From Candidatus Latescibacterota bacterium (GTDB lineage: Bacteria > Latescibacterota > UBA2968 > UBA8231): a DNA stretch of 64,000 nt. The notes beneath the pieces were generated by a model that saw only the letters and a list, made by a program, of their open reading frames with translations, was not told the origin of the DNA and did no database searches. The stretch lies in NCBI GenBank assembly GCA_964291625.2, contig OZ220089.1, positions 2,432,001 through 2,496,000 on the forward strand, in the 5' to 3' direction. Positions 17,801-28,815 of the stretch are shown here, piece by piece; position 1 is the stretch's first letter, and the number at the start of each line of letters is the position of its first letter. Position numbers and translations under genes: made by a program.

Positions 17801-18337
17801 TCAGGACTCGATCCATCGCGCCCGGTCCACCAGCAGGAACTGCATCTCTTCGGCCGTCTCCGCGTGCTCCATGGCCGAGACGAAGTCCGCGTCTCCGAAG
17901 ACGCGGGCCAGCGCCCCCAGCAGCCTCAGGTAGAGGCCGGGGGCATCGAACGGCACGGCGATCAGGCAGATCATGCCCACCTCCTGGCGATCGTCGCCCG
18001 AGGGGAACTCGATCGGCGCCCTCGTGCGGGCCATGGCCAGGCCCAGGCGGCGCACCATGCGGCCCCGGGCGTGGGGCAGCGCGATGCGGCCCTCCGCCAG
18101 GACCGTGCTGCTCAGGTTCTCGCGCTCCAGGACCGCCTGCATGAAGGCGAGGCTGTCCTCGACCACCTCCTGCCCGCGGAGACGGTCGGCCAGCTCCTTG
18201 ATGGCAGCGATCTTGCTGTCCGCGGCCAGGTCCGGGACCATCAGGGCGGGGTGAGAGACGATGTCCGCCAACTCACCGGCAGCGGCGGGCGCATATTCTG
18301 CACCCACCCCCCGATCACTGGTCAAAGTGCCGTACAT
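17801..18337 (-). CDS. Stand-alone PTS EIIA (PtsN/fructose-mannitol type) protein
   Basis: VLERENLSST, IALPHAR phospho-His motif, YLRLLGALAR. Confidence 0.88.
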   Translation of the reverse strand: MYGTLTSDRGVGAEYAPAAAGELADIVSHPALMVPDLAADSKIAAIKELADRLRGQEVVEDSLAFMQAVLERENLSSTVLAEGRIALPHARGRMVRRLGLAMARTRAPIEFPSGDDRQEVGMICLIAVPFDAPGLYLRLLGALARVFGDADFVSAMEHAETAEEMQFLLVDRARWIES

Positions 18338-18526
18338 CAAGCCGCAGGTCGTTGTTTTTCAACATCTTGCAGGACAGCTCGAGGGTGCCGGACGAGGGCT
18401 GCAATTCTTGCGCTCCGGGAAACGGGTGGAACTGCGGAACGTGTCGCATCGATGATCCCGACCCCGGTAGGGGTCCGGCGTCGCGGGCTGCCTTGGGGCG
18501 TCTGGTCTGCCGCCCGCAGTGTCATA

Positions 18527-18542
18527 TGCAAAGTCGGTGCCA
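18527..18542 (-). promoter_or_regulatory. Sigma54 (-24/-12) promoter
   Basis: Minus strand reads TGGCACCGACTTTGCA, matching TGGCAC-N5-TTGCA. It faces the PTS-IIA/sigma genes and sits next to an NtrC-family gene. Confidence 0.8.
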
Positions 18543-18660
18543 TAGACACCGAGAGCACATGTATCTGACGGTTATTACTGGAGTTATGGAATGAAGGCCG
18601 CGGCCCTGGCGGCCCTGGCCGGCGAGCGTTCCAGCGCTGGCGTGCAATTCCTGCAGCAGA

Positions 18661-20049
<1,389 letters not shown>

Positions 20050-20071
20050 GTGAGGATGAGGCGGCGAGGGC

Positions 20072-21172
20072 TCAGGAGGGGTTGGGAGAGCTGGTGGGCA
20101 GGAGAAGGGAGACGGTGGTTCCGCCTTGGGGGCGGCTGGTCAGATGCAGGCTGCCGCCGTGCTGCCGCAGGATGCCCTGGGCGATGGACAGTCCCAGGCC
20201 GGTGCCGCTGTCCTTGGTAGTATAGTAGTACTCGAAAACCCTCTCCAGATCCTCGGGGGACACCCCGCAGCCGTTGTCCTTCACCTGGATCCGCACCTCC
20301 GCCGGCTGCGCCTCCCCGAGAGTCAACTCCACGAGGGGATCCCCGCCCGCCTCCTCCACCGCCTGGAAGGCGTTGATCAGCACGTTCAGCAGCGCCTGGC
20401 TGAGCATGTTCTCGTCGGCGTGCACCGGGGGGATCTGCGGCGGCAGCTTCAGCTCGAGACGGATGCCCCGCTCCCGGGCCTCGGGAGCCACCAGATCGTG
20501 CATGCGCTGCACCACCAGGGCCGGGTCCGTCGGCGCCAGGCGCACCTCCGGCGGGCGCGAGAACCGGAGGAAGTTCTGCACGATGCCGTCGAGGCGGCGG
20601 ACCTCCGCCCGGGCCCGGCCGACGCGCTCGCGCACCCGGTCGGCGGTCTCCTCCCCGAGGGACTCGGCGTCGCGGGCCAGCAGCTGAAGCTGGATGTCCA
20701 CCGCGCCGAGGGGATTGCGCACCTCGTGGGCCACCGACCCGGCCAGCCGCCCGAGGGCGGCCATCCGCTCCGCCTGCCACAGGTGGCGGTCGGGGGGGTC
20801 CCCCGTGGACTCGCGCAGAATGAGCAGGCAGCCCCCGTCGAAGGGGGTCACCCAGGCCTGCAGGCGGCGGCCGTCGCAGGGCACGTGCACGGCCGTGCGC
20901 GGGTTGCGGCTGCGCCAGGCCTGGCTCACCAGGTCCGCCAGGGGGGCGGACCGCCGGAGAGCGGCGCTCCGGCTCGCCCCGGCCTGCGCGGCTTCCCCAA
21001 GCAACTCGGAAGCCGCCGAATTGGCCAGGCTGACGCCGCCGCCGCCATCGAAGATCACCACGGCGTCCGGCATGGCCCGCAGGGCCTCCCAGGCCAGGAG
21101 AGCCGGCCCCTCGTCCGATTGACACCGGTCCCGGGAACCGGTAGGCTCGCGCTCACTCATGGCTACGTCCAC
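20072..21172 (-). CDS. Cytoplasmic PAS sensor histidine kinase
   Basis: PAS-like N-terminus, H-box VAHEVRNPL, N-box NVLINAFQA, DNGCG, TTKDSGTGLGL; no TM helix seen. Confidence 0.92.
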   Translation of the reverse strand: MDVAMSEREPTGSRDRCQSDEGPALLAWEALRAMPDAVVIFDGGGGVSLANSAASELLGEAAQAGASRSAALRRSAPLADLVSQAWRSRNPRTAVHVPCDGRRLQAWVTPFDGGCLLILRESTGDPPDRHLWQAERMAALGRLAGSVAHEVRNPLGAVDIQLQLLARDAESLGEETADRVRERVGRARAEVRRLDGIVQNFLRFSRPPEVRLAPTDPALVVQRMHDLVAPEARERGIRLELKLPPQIPPVHADENMLSQALLNVLINAFQAVEEAGGDPLVELTLGEAQPAEVRIQVKDNGCGVSPEDLERVFEYYYTTKDSGTGLGLSIAQGILRQHGGSLHLTSRPQGGTTVSLLLPTSSPNPS

Positions 21173-21200
21173 GGAAAGGGCCGCGAAGGATCACCCCTAG

Positions 21201-21941
21201 ATGACCGGCAAAGAGGTGTATCGGCGCAAGCGGGCCGTCCGGGACATGTTCAACGCCATCGCCCGCCGCTACGACCTGCTCAACCACCTGCTGAGCGCCG
21301 GCGTCGACATCTACTGGAGGCGGCGGGCCCTGTCCCTCGTGCGCCACGAGGCCCCCCGGAGCCTGCTCGACGTGGCCACCGGCACGGGCGATCTCGCCAT
21401 CGCCGCCCGGCGGCTGGGCGCCGAGCGCATCGTGGCCGCCGACGTCGCACTGGAGATGGTCCGCCTGGGAGTCCCCAAGGCGGCGGCGAGGGGCATCCCC
21501 ATCCACTGGCTGGGGGGCGACGCCGAGCGCCTGCCCTTCGCCGGCGGCTCCTTCGACCTGGTCACGGCGGCCTTCGGCGTGCGCAACTTCGGCGAAATCC
21601 CCGCGGGTCTCGCCGAGGCCCGCCGCGTCCTGCGGCCCGGCGGTGAGCTGGTCGTCCTCGACTTCACCGAGCCCACCCTCTTCGGCTTCCGCCATCTCTA
21701 CCGGCTCTATTTCCGCCGCCTGCTCCCCGTTGTCGGGGGCCTGGTCTCCGGCAACCGCAAGGCCTACTCCTACCTGCCCCGCTCCGTGGGGGATTTCCCC
21801 CAGGGCCGGGCCTTCCTGGAGCTCATGGAGGAGGCCGGCTTCGAGGACAACCGGCATGTGCCGCTGACCCTCGGGATCTGCGCCGTCTACCAGGGGCGGG
21901 TGCCCCGGTCCGGGGTTGTCGCGCCCGGAGGGCAGGGGTAA
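21201..21941 (+). CDS. ubiE: Demethylmenaquinone methyltransferase UbiE/MenG
   Basis: MFNAIARRYDLLNHLLS.G, LDVATGTGD, AFGVRN, RVLRPGG, AYSYLP.SV. Confidence 0.93.
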   Translation: MTGKEVYRRKRAVRDMFNAIARRYDLLNHLLSAGVDIYWRRRALSLVRHEAPRSLLDVATGTGDLAIAARRLGAERIVAADVALEMVRLGVPKAAARGIPIHWLGGDAERLPFAGGSFDLVTAAFGVRNFGEIPAGLAEARRVLRPGGELVVLDFTEPTLFGFRHLYRLYFRRLLPVVGGLVSGNRKAYSYLPRSVGDFPQGRAFLELMEEAGFEDNRHVPLTLGICAVYQGRVPRSGVVAPGGQG

Positions 21942-21983
21942 GTTGGGTACCACCATCCTCGTACGAGTTGCCGCGGAATCCCC

Positions 21984-23111
21984 ATGATCCTCGAACAGCA
22001 GATCGAGCGCGCCGGCCTGGCCGGCGTCCACGCCAAGGTCCTCGGCGGCGAGCGCCTGTCGGCCGACGACGGGCTGCTGCTCTACCAGTGCCCGGACCTG
22101 CCCGTCCTCGGGTACCTCGCCAACCTGGTGCGCGAGGCGAGGCACGGGGACACCACCTACTACGTGCGCAACCAGCACATCAACTACACCAACATCTGCA
22201 ACAAGCTGTGCAAGTTCTGCTCCTTCTACGTCAAGCCGAAGGACGACCGGGGTTACGTCCTCGATCCGGAGCAGGTGGCGCGGCGCATCCACGACTACGG
22301 CGATGCCCCGATCACCGAGATCCACATGGTGGGAGGCGTCAACCCCAAGCTGCCCTACCAGTACTACCTCGACCTGATGCGAGCGATGAAGGCGGCCCGG
22401 CCCGAGGCACACCTCAAGGCGTTCACCATGATCGAGATGGCCCAGATCCAGAGGGTGGCGCGCAAGCCGATGGAGGAGGTCTTCGCCGATCTCCGCGAGG
22501 CCGGGCTGGAGTCGCTGCCCGGCGGCGGCGCCGAGGTGTTCTCCGACCGGGTCCAGGAAGACCTGTTCTGGACCAAGGCCGACTCCGAGGACTGGCTGGA
22601 GATCGCCGCCGCCGCCCACCGCACCGGCCTGCCCTCCAACGCCACCATGCTCTACGGCCACGTGGAGAACACGGAGGAGAAGGTCTACCACCTGGCGAGA
22701 CTGCGGGAGGTCCAGGACGAGACGGGCGGCTTCCTGTGCTACATCCCCCTCTCCTTCCATCCCGAGCGTACCGAGATCGACCACCTGCCCGGCCCCACCG
22801 GGCAGCTCGACCTGCGCGAGATCGCCGTGGGCCGGCTCATGCTCGACAACTTCCCCCACATCAAGACCTTCTGGATCATGAACACCATCGAGATCTCCCA
22901 GGTCGCCCTGTGGTACGGCGCCAACGATCTCGACGGCACGGTGATGGACTACGAGATCACCCGCGAGAGCTTCGAGGCGACCCGCCAGCGGCTGACGCAG
23001 CGGGAGCTGCTGGGCCGGATCGTGGAGGCGGGGAGGAAGCCGGTCGAGCGCGACAGCCTCTACAACGTCGTGGCCGGCACCGAGGAGCTGCTGGGCGAGG
23101 CCGCGGGATGA
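21984..23111 (+). CDS. mqnE: Aminofutalosine synthase MqnE (radical SAM)
   Basis: HINYTNIC...CKFCSF, LPGGGAE, SNATMLYGH, RLMLDNFPHIK.FW, YGANDLDGTV. Confidence 0.92.
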   Translation: MILEQQIERAGLAGVHAKVLGGERLSADDGLLLYQCPDLPVLGYLANLVREARHGDTTYYVRNQHINYTNICNKLCKFCSFYVKPKDDRGYVLDPEQVARRIHDYGDAPITEIHMVGGVNPKLPYQYYLDLMRAMKAARPEAHLKAFTMIEMAQIQRVARKPMEEVFADLREAGLESLPGGGAEVFSDRVQEDLFWTKADSEDWLEIAAAAHRTGLPSNATMLYGHVENTEEKVYHLARLREVQDETGGFLCYIPLSFHPERTEIDHLPGPTGQLDLREIAVGRLMLDNFPHIKTFWIMNTIEISQVALWYGANDLDGTVMDYEITRESFEATRQRLTQRELLGRIVEAGRKPVERDSLYNVVAGTEELLGEAAG

Positions 23112-24265
23112 ACGGGTCCCGGGGGATCGCCGACATCGGCGAGAAGGTCGGCCGGGAACAGCGGCTGACGTTGGACGACGCCCGCCGGCTCCTGGCCCAT
23201 CCCAACGTGGCGGAGTTGGGCCTGCTGGCCCACGCGGTGCGGATGCGGAAGCATCCCGACCCGGTGGTCACCTACAACGTGGGCCGCAACATCAACTACA
23301 CCAACGTCTGCTGGGTGCGGTGCGACTTCTGCGCCTTCTACCGGCCCCCGGGGTCCGACGAGGGCTACACCCTCCCCCACGAGGAGATCTTCGCGAAGAT
23401 CGACGAGCTCGTGGACTTCGGCGGCGACGAGCCCAAGTCGAACGAGATCCTCATGCAGGGAGGGCTCAACCCCAAGCTGCGCCTCGACTACTACGAGGAC
23501 CTGCTGAGCCAGATCCGCGACCGCTACCCCTCGGTGCAGCTCCACTGCCTGTCGGCCACCGAGATCATCTACATCGCCCACCTGTCGAAGCTCTCCCTGG
23601 AGGAGACGATCCGCCGGCTGCGCGACGCCGGCCTCGACTCGATCCCCGGCGCCGGCGCCGAGATCCTGGTGGACGAGGTGCGGGACGTCATCGGTTTCCG
23701 CAAGGACCGCACCGACGAGTGGCTCGACGTGCACCGCGTTGCCCACGGACTCGGCATGCGCACCACGGCGACGATGATGTACGGCCACGTGGAGAGTGTC
23801 GAGGACCGCCTCGAGCACCTCCGCCTGCTGCGCGACCTGCAGGACGAGACCGGCGGTTTCACCGCCTTCATCGCCTGGAACTTCCAGCCCGACGAGACCG
23901 ACCTCGGCGCCGACGCCTCCCGCTGGAACGGGGTCAAGGCCAGCGGCTACGACCACCTGCGGACGGTCGCGGTGAGCCGCCTCTTCCTCGACAACTTCGA
24001 CCACTTCCAGGCCTCGTGGGTCACCCAGGGGCCGCGGATCGCCCAGGTCAGCCTGCGCTGCGGGATCGACGATTTCGGTAGCACCATGCTCGAGGAGAAC
24101 GTGGTCAGCGCCGCCGGCACGAGCCACACCAACGAGATGGACCTGGCGAACATGGAACGGCTGATCCGCGACGCCGGGTTCGATCCTGTGCGGCGCAACA
24201 CCCGCTACGAAAAGGTGGCCGCCCGGCCCCGGTTGCAGGCCTTGGGGCACGCCGCCGCTTCATGA
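23108..24265 (+). CDS. mqnC: Cyclic dehypoxanthinyl futalosine synthase MqnC (radical SAM)
   Basis: RNINYTNVC...CDFCAFYR, ILMQGG, SIPGAGAEIL, TTATMMYGH, QASWVTQG, DFGSTMLEENVVSAAG. Confidence 0.93.
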   Translation: MNGSRGIADIGEKVGREQRLTLDDARRLLAHPNVAELGLLAHAVRMRKHPDPVVTYNVGRNINYTNVCWVRCDFCAFYRPPGSDEGYTLPHEEIFAKIDELVDFGGDEPKSNEILMQGGLNPKLRLDYYEDLLSQIRDRYPSVQLHCLSATEIIYIAHLSKLSLEETIRRLRDAGLDSIPGAGAEILVDEVRDVIGFRKDRTDEWLDVHRVAHGLGMRTTATMMYGHVESVEDRLEHLRLLRDLQDETGGFTAFIAWNFQPDETDLGADASRWNGVKASGYDHLRTVAVSRLFLDNFDHFQASWVTQGPRIAQVSLRCGIDDFGSTMLEENVVSAAGTSHTNEMDLANMERLIRDAGFDPVRRNTRYEKVAARPRLQALGHAAAS

Positions 24266-25071
24266 ACGCCCCCCGCCGCGTCCGCCTCGGCGCGGTGAGC
24301 TACCTCAACTCCCGGCCTCTCACCTACGGTCTCGACCAGGACGACCTCTTCGAAGTGCACTACGGAGTGCCCGCGGCCTGCGCCGAGGACCTGGCCGCCC
24401 GCCGCATCGACGTGGGCATGATCCCCATCGTGGAGTACGGACGCCGGGCCGCCGGCCTCCGGATCGTCCCCGGCCTGGCCATCGGCTCGCAGGGCGAGGT
24501 GCTCACCGTGCGCCTGTTCTGCCGGGGGCGGCTCGACCGTGTGCGCCGGGTCGCCGCCGACACCAGCTCCCGGACTTCGGTGGTGCTGCTTCAGCTCCTG
24601 CTTCGCGAGCGCTACGGCATCGACCCCGAGATCGCCGCGGCCCCCCCGGACCTCGATACCATGCTGCACCGCGCCGACGCCGCCCTGTTGATCGGGGACC
24701 CCGTGCTGCCCCTGGTCGGAACCGGCCGCGACACCGGCCTCTCCAGCCTGGACCTGGGCCGGGAGTGGCACGAGCTTACCGGCCGGCCCGGCGTCTTCGC
24801 CTTCTGGGCGGGACCGGAGGGGGCGGCCGGCGCCGAGCACGTGGCGCGCCTGCAGCGGGCCCACCGCGAAGGAGTTGCGCACATCGCCGAGATCGCCGCC
24901 GGCTTCCAGCGCGAGCACGCCGGCTCCGCCGTGCTCTACGAAGGCTATCTCCGCGATCGCATCTGCTACGACCTGGGGCCGGCCCAGATCGCCGGGCTCA
25001 CCGAGTTCTACCGCCTCGCCCACCGGCACGGTCTGATCGAGTCCGTCCCCGAGCTGCGCTTCTTCCCATGA
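24262..25071 (+). CDS. mqnA: Chorismate dehydratase MqnA
   Basis: [40 protein letters not shown]. Confidence 0.9.
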   Translation: MNAPRRVRLGAVSYLNSRPLTYGLDQDDLFEVHYGVPAACAEDLAARRIDVGMIPIVEYGRRAAGLRIVPGLAIGSQGEVLTVRLFCRGRLDRVRRVAADTSSRTSVVLLQLLLRERYGIDPEIAAAPPDLDTMLHRADAALLIGDPVLPLVGTGRDTGLSSLDLGREWHELTGRPGVFAFWAGPEGAAGAEHVARLQRAHREGVAHIAEIAAGFQREHAGSAVLYEGYLRDRICYDLGPAQIAGLTEFYRLAHRHGLIESVPELRFFP

Positions 25072-25955
25072 ACGCCCTCTCGCCGGTCCTCCTCTACGGC
25101 CGGCTGATCAGGTTCTCCCACAGCATCTTCGCCCTGCCCTTCGCCCTCAGCGGCGCCGCCCTGGCCGCCGCCGTCACCGGCTTTCACCCCCGGCAGCTGC
25201 TGTGGATCGTGGTCGCCATGGTGGCGGCGCGCTCGGCGGCGATGGGCTTCAACCGCATCGTCGACCGCCGCATCGACGCGGACAACCCGCGCACGGCGCA
25301 GCGGGAGCTGGTCACCGGCGCCCTGTCGGCGGGAGCCGCCGCCGCCTTCGTCGTCCTCTCCTCGGCGCTGTTCGTGGTGGCCGCGTGGCAGCTGAACCAG
25401 CTCTGCCTGGCCCTGTCGCCGGTGGCCCTCGCCGTGATCCTCGGCTACTCCTACACCAAGCGCTTCACCTGGACCTCCCACCTGTTTCTCGGGGCCAGCC
25501 TCGGCCTGGCGCCGCTGGGCGCCTGGATCGCGGTGACCGGCGGCTTCGCCCTGCCCCCGGTCCTCCTCGGCCTGGCGGTCCTGGCCTGGGTGGCCGGGTT
25601 CGACGTGCTCTACGCCTGCCAGGACCACGACTTCGACATCGGCGCCGGCCTGCACTCGATCCCCGCGCGCTTCGGCCTGGCCGGGGCCCTGCGCCTGGCG
25701 CGGCTCTTCCACCTGCTGGCGGTGCTGCTCATGGCCTGGGTCGGCGCGGCCGCCGGGCTGCACCTGGTCTACTTCGCCGGCGTCGCCGCCATCGCCGCCA
25801 TGCTCGCCTGGGAGCACCGCCTGGTGAAGGCCGACGACCTCACGAAGGTGAACACCGCCTTCATGACCATGAACAGCCTCGTCAGCGTCGCCTACTTCGC
25901 CTTCACCCTGGCCGACCTGTTGATCCTCGGCGACGCGCCCCGGCTGCTGCCATGA
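25068..25955 (+). CDS. mqnP: UbiA-family polyprenyltransferase (MqnP)
   Basis: [49 protein letters not shown]. Confidence 0.92.
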   Translation: MNALSPVLLYGRLIRFSHSIFALPFALSGAALAAAVTGFHPRQLLWIVVAMVAARSAAMGFNRIVDRRIDADNPRTAQRELVTGALSAGAAAAFVVLSSALFVVAAWQLNQLCLALSPVALAVILGYSYTKRFTWTSHLFLGASLGLAPLGAWIAVTGGFALPPVLLGLAVLAWVAGFDVLYACQDHDFDIGAGLHSIPARFGLAGALRLARLFHLLAVLLMAWVGAAAGLHLVYFAGVAAIAAMLAWEHRLVKADDLTKVNTAFMTMNSLVSVAYFAFTLADLLILGDAPRLLP

Positions 25956-27943
25956 CCGCGGCCCTGGACCTGGACGGCCTCCTCGGGGGCGGGGGCGAGG
26001 AGCTCTACGAGGTGCGCACCCGCGCACCGGGCCCTCCCGGGCGCCTGAACCTCGACGAGGAGACGGTGATCGGGTCGCCGAGCGGCGACATCTTCGCCTA
26101 CAGCCAGAACGCCGGCATGGGCTGGAACCCCGCCCATCTCGGGCGCAAGGAGTTCCTCATCGTCAGCACCCTCGGCGGCATCCGCGCCCCCGACGGCACC
26201 CCCGTGGCCCTCGGCTACCACACCGGCCACTGGGAGGTGGGCCTGCTGATGGAGGAGGCCGCCCGGGAGATCACACGCCTCGGCGGCATCCCCTACGCCG
26301 CCTACTGCTCCGACCCGTGCGACGGCCGCTCCCAGGGCACCACGGGGATGTTCGACAGCCTGCCGTACCGCAACGACGCCGCCATCGTCATCCGGCGGCT
26401 GATCCGCTCCCTGCCCCGGCGCCGCGGGGTGATCGGCGTCGGCACCTGCGACAAGGGGCTGCCGGCGGTCCTGATCGCCCTGGCCGGGGCCCGCGGCCTG
26501 CCGGTGGTCGTCGTCCCCGGGGGGGTGACCCTGCCCCCGGAGCACGGCGAGGACGCCGGCAAGATCCAGTCCGTGGGCTCGCGCCTGGCCCGCGGGGAGA
26601 TCACCATCGACGAGGTCAACGACCTCGGCTGCCGCGCCTGCGCCACCCCCGGGGGCGGCTGCCAGTTTCTCGGCACAGCGGCCACCTCCCAGGTCGTGGC
26701 CGAGGCCCTGGGCCTCACCCTGCCCCATGCGGCCCTGGCCCCCTCGGGCGAGCCGGTCTGGCGCGACATGGCGCTGCGCTCCGGCCGGGCCATCGTCGGC
26801 CTCGAGGCCCTCGGCCTCACCTCGGCGGACGTGCTGACCCAGGCCGCCGTCGAGAACGCCATGGTCGTCCACGCCGCCGTCGGGGGCTCCACCAACCTGC
26901 TCCTGCACGTGCCCGCCATCGCCCACGCCGCCGGACTGCGGCGGCCGACCGTCGAGGACTGGGACCGCGTCAACCGGCAGGTCCCGAGGCTGGTCGACGT
27001 GCTGCCCAACGGGCCGCGGCACCACCCGACGGTGCGGCTCTTCCTGGCCGGCGGCGTGCCGGAGGTCATGCTGCACCTGCGGGGCATGGGGCTTCTCGAC
27101 CTCGACGCGTTGACCGCCACCGGCCGCAGCCTCGGCGACAACCTCGACTGGTGGGAGGACAGCGAGCGCCGTCGGCGGTTTCGCCACCGCCTGCAGGCGC
27201 TGGACGGCGTCGATCCGGCGGACGTGATCCACGACCCGGACGGCGCCCGGGCCAAGGGCATGACCAGCACCGTCTGCTTCCCCACGGGCAACCTGGCCCC
27301 CGAGGGCTCGGTCGTGAAGAGCACGGCCATCGAACCGTCCCTGCTGGACGAGGACGGCGTCTACCGCCTGCGGGGGCCGGCCAGGATGTTCACCACCGAG
27401 CGTGACGCCATGGCCGCGATCAAGGAGGGCCGCATCGCCGCGGGCGAGGTCATGGTGCTGCTCTCCTGCGGCCCCATGGGCACCGGCATGGAGGAGATCG
27501 CCCAGGTGACGATCGCGCTCAAGTACTGGGAGTCCGGCGGCCAGGTGGCCCTGCTCACCGACGCCCGGTTCTCCGGGTTCTCCAGCGGCCCCTGCATCGG
27601 CCACCTGGGCCCCGAGGCCCTCGCCGGCGGACCGGTGGGGCGGCTGATCGAAGGCGACGTGGTGGAGGTCCGGATCGACACGCGCAACCTGGGGGGCCGC
27701 GTCGATCTGGTTGGGCACGGAGAGGAGATCTTCGGTGCGGAAGAGGGAGCACGGGTGCTGGCCGGCCGCGATCCCCGGCCCGACCTGGCGCCCGAGGAGG
27801 AGCTGCCCGACGACACCCGCCTGTGGGCGGCCCTGCAGCAGGCCGGCGGCGGCACCTGGGGCGGCTGCGTCTACGACCCCGACGAGATCGTGAAGCTCCT
27901 CGACGCCGGCCGCCGGGCGCTGAACGGGGACGGTTCCCCGTGA
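25952..27943 (+). CDS. YjhG/YagF family D-xylonate dehydratase (IlvD/Edd superfamily)
   Basis: [56 protein letters not shown]. Confidence 0.92.
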   Translation: MTAALDLDGLLGGGGEELYEVRTRAPGPPGRLNLDEETVIGSPSGDIFAYSQNAGMGWNPAHLGRKEFLIVSTLGGIRAPDGTPVALGYHTGHWEVGLLMEEAAREITRLGGIPYAAYCSDPCDGRSQGTTGMFDSLPYRNDAAIVIRRLIRSLPRRRGVIGVGTCDKGLPAVLIALAGARGLPVVVVPGGVTLPPEHGEDAGKIQSVGSRLARGEITIDEVNDLGCRACATPGGGCQFLGTAATSQVVAEALGLTLPHAALAPSGEPVWRDMALRSGRAIVGLEALGLTSADVLTQAAVENAMVVHAAVGGSTNLLLHVPAIAHAAGLRRPTVEDWDRVNRQVPRLVDVLPNGPRHHPTVRLFLAGGVPEVMLHLRGMGLLDLDALTATGRSLGDNLDWWEDSERRRRFRHRLQALDGVDPADVIHDPDGARAKGMTSTVCFPTGNLAPEGSVVKSTAIEPSLLDEDGVYRLRGPARMFTTERDAMAAIKEGRIAAGEVMVLLSCGPMGTGMEEIAQVTIALKYWESGGQVALLTDARFSGFSSGPCIGHLGPEALAGGPVGRLIEGDVVEVRIDTRNLGGRVDLVGHGEEIFGAEEGARVLAGRDPRPDLAPEEELPDDTRLWAALQQAGGGTWGGCVYDPDEIVKLLDAGRRALNGDGSP

Positions 27944-28551
27944 GGCAGCCGAAGTCCTTCGTCGTCGGGGTCACGGGGGCCAGCGGCGCCCTCTACGGAG
28001 CGCGCGCTCTGCGGGCGCTGCTGGCCTCCGGGCACCACGTGCACCTGGTGATGTCGCGGTACGGCCGCTACGTGATGCACGAGGAGCTCGGCTGGGAGCC
28101 GGACCGCGAGCCGGTCTTCGACTTCCTGGCGCGCACCACGGGGGAAGAGGTCCGCGAGGGGACTCTCGAGGAACACGGTGTCAACGACATGACCCGCGAG
28201 ATCTCCTCCGGGTCGGCGCCGATGGACGGCATGGTCGTCGTGCCGTGCTCGGTGAAGACCCTTTCCGGCATCGCCCGCGGCGCCTCGTCGAACCTCATCG
28301 AGCGCTCCGCCGACGTCTCCCTCAAGGAGAGGCGGCCGCTCGTGCTGGTGGTGCGCGAGACCCCCCTGAACCTGGTCCAGCTGCGCAACCTGGTAGCCGT
28401 CGCCGAGGCCGGAGCCTCGGTGGTCCCGGCCATGCCGGCCTTCTACCAGAAGCCGCGGACCTTCGAGGATCTGGGGGACTTCGTGGCCGGCCGCATCCTC
28501 GCCCTCCTGGGGCTGGAGCACGACCTGTTCCCGCGCTGGGAGGGGGGATAG
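27940..28551 (+). CDS. ubiX: Flavin prenyltransferase UbiX
   Basis: [25 protein letters not shown]...[26 protein letters not shown]. Confidence 0.95.
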   Translation: MRQPKSFVVGVTGASGALYGARALRALLASGHHVHLVMSRYGRYVMHEELGWEPDREPVFDFLARTTGEEVREGTLEEHGVNDMTREISSGSAPMDGMVVVPCSVKTLSGIARGASSNLIERSADVSLKERRPLVLVVRETPLNLVQLRNLVAVAEAGASVVPAMPAFYQKPRTFEDLGDFVAGRILALLGLEHDLFPRWEGG

Positions 28552-28558
28552 AACAGGT

Positions 28559-28594
28559 GCGCCGGACGGTCTCGGGGAGCGGACCGCCCGGCGC
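28559..28594. terminator. GC-rich hairpin after ubiX (possible bidirectional terminator)
   Basis: GCGCCGGACGGTC / GACCGCCCGGCGC stem with one mismatch, 7 nt after the TAG. Confidence 0.45.
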
Positions 28595-28683
28595 GGGACC
28601 CGGGGCCGGGGGACGGCCGCCGGGATCGTGAGCGGGCGGCGGGGAGGACGCAACGCCCGGTCACGAGGTGTTGGCCGTCTTCT

Positions 28684-28699
28684 GGCAAGGCTCGTGCCA
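28684..28699 (-). promoter_or_regulatory. Sigma54-type -24/-12 element (near-palindromic)
   Basis: Minus strand TGGCACGAGCCTTGCC fits TGGCAC-N5-TTGC; plus strand TGGCAAGGCTCGTGCC also keeps GG-N10-GC. Confidence 0.5.
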
Positions 28700-28747
28700 G
28701 AGCATGATGTGGGGTCGGGGGCTGCCTGGTTCCACCAGATATGGTGG
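28700..28747. promoter_or_regulatory. Tandem NrdR-like boxes
   Basis: Minus strand CCACCATATCTGGTGG (28732-28747) and ACCCCACATCATGCTC (28700-28715), 32 bp apart. Both resemble the NrdR consensus acaCwAtATaTwGtg; the second is weaker. Confidence 0.5.
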
Positions 28748-28815
28748 TCCCCATCCCGCCCTCCGCGCACGCGTCCGGGAAAAGGCTGCCGCCGGAAGGA
28801 AGGGGTTTCCCGTTT

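Noticed and set aside
28720-28810. tRNA/tmRNA-like TCCACCA end, T-box-like GGTGGAACC and SRP-like CCGGAAGGAAG
   Set aside because: No cloverleaf or T-loop, no downstream amino-acid gene, and no GCAGC partner of the SRP motif. These are short matches only.
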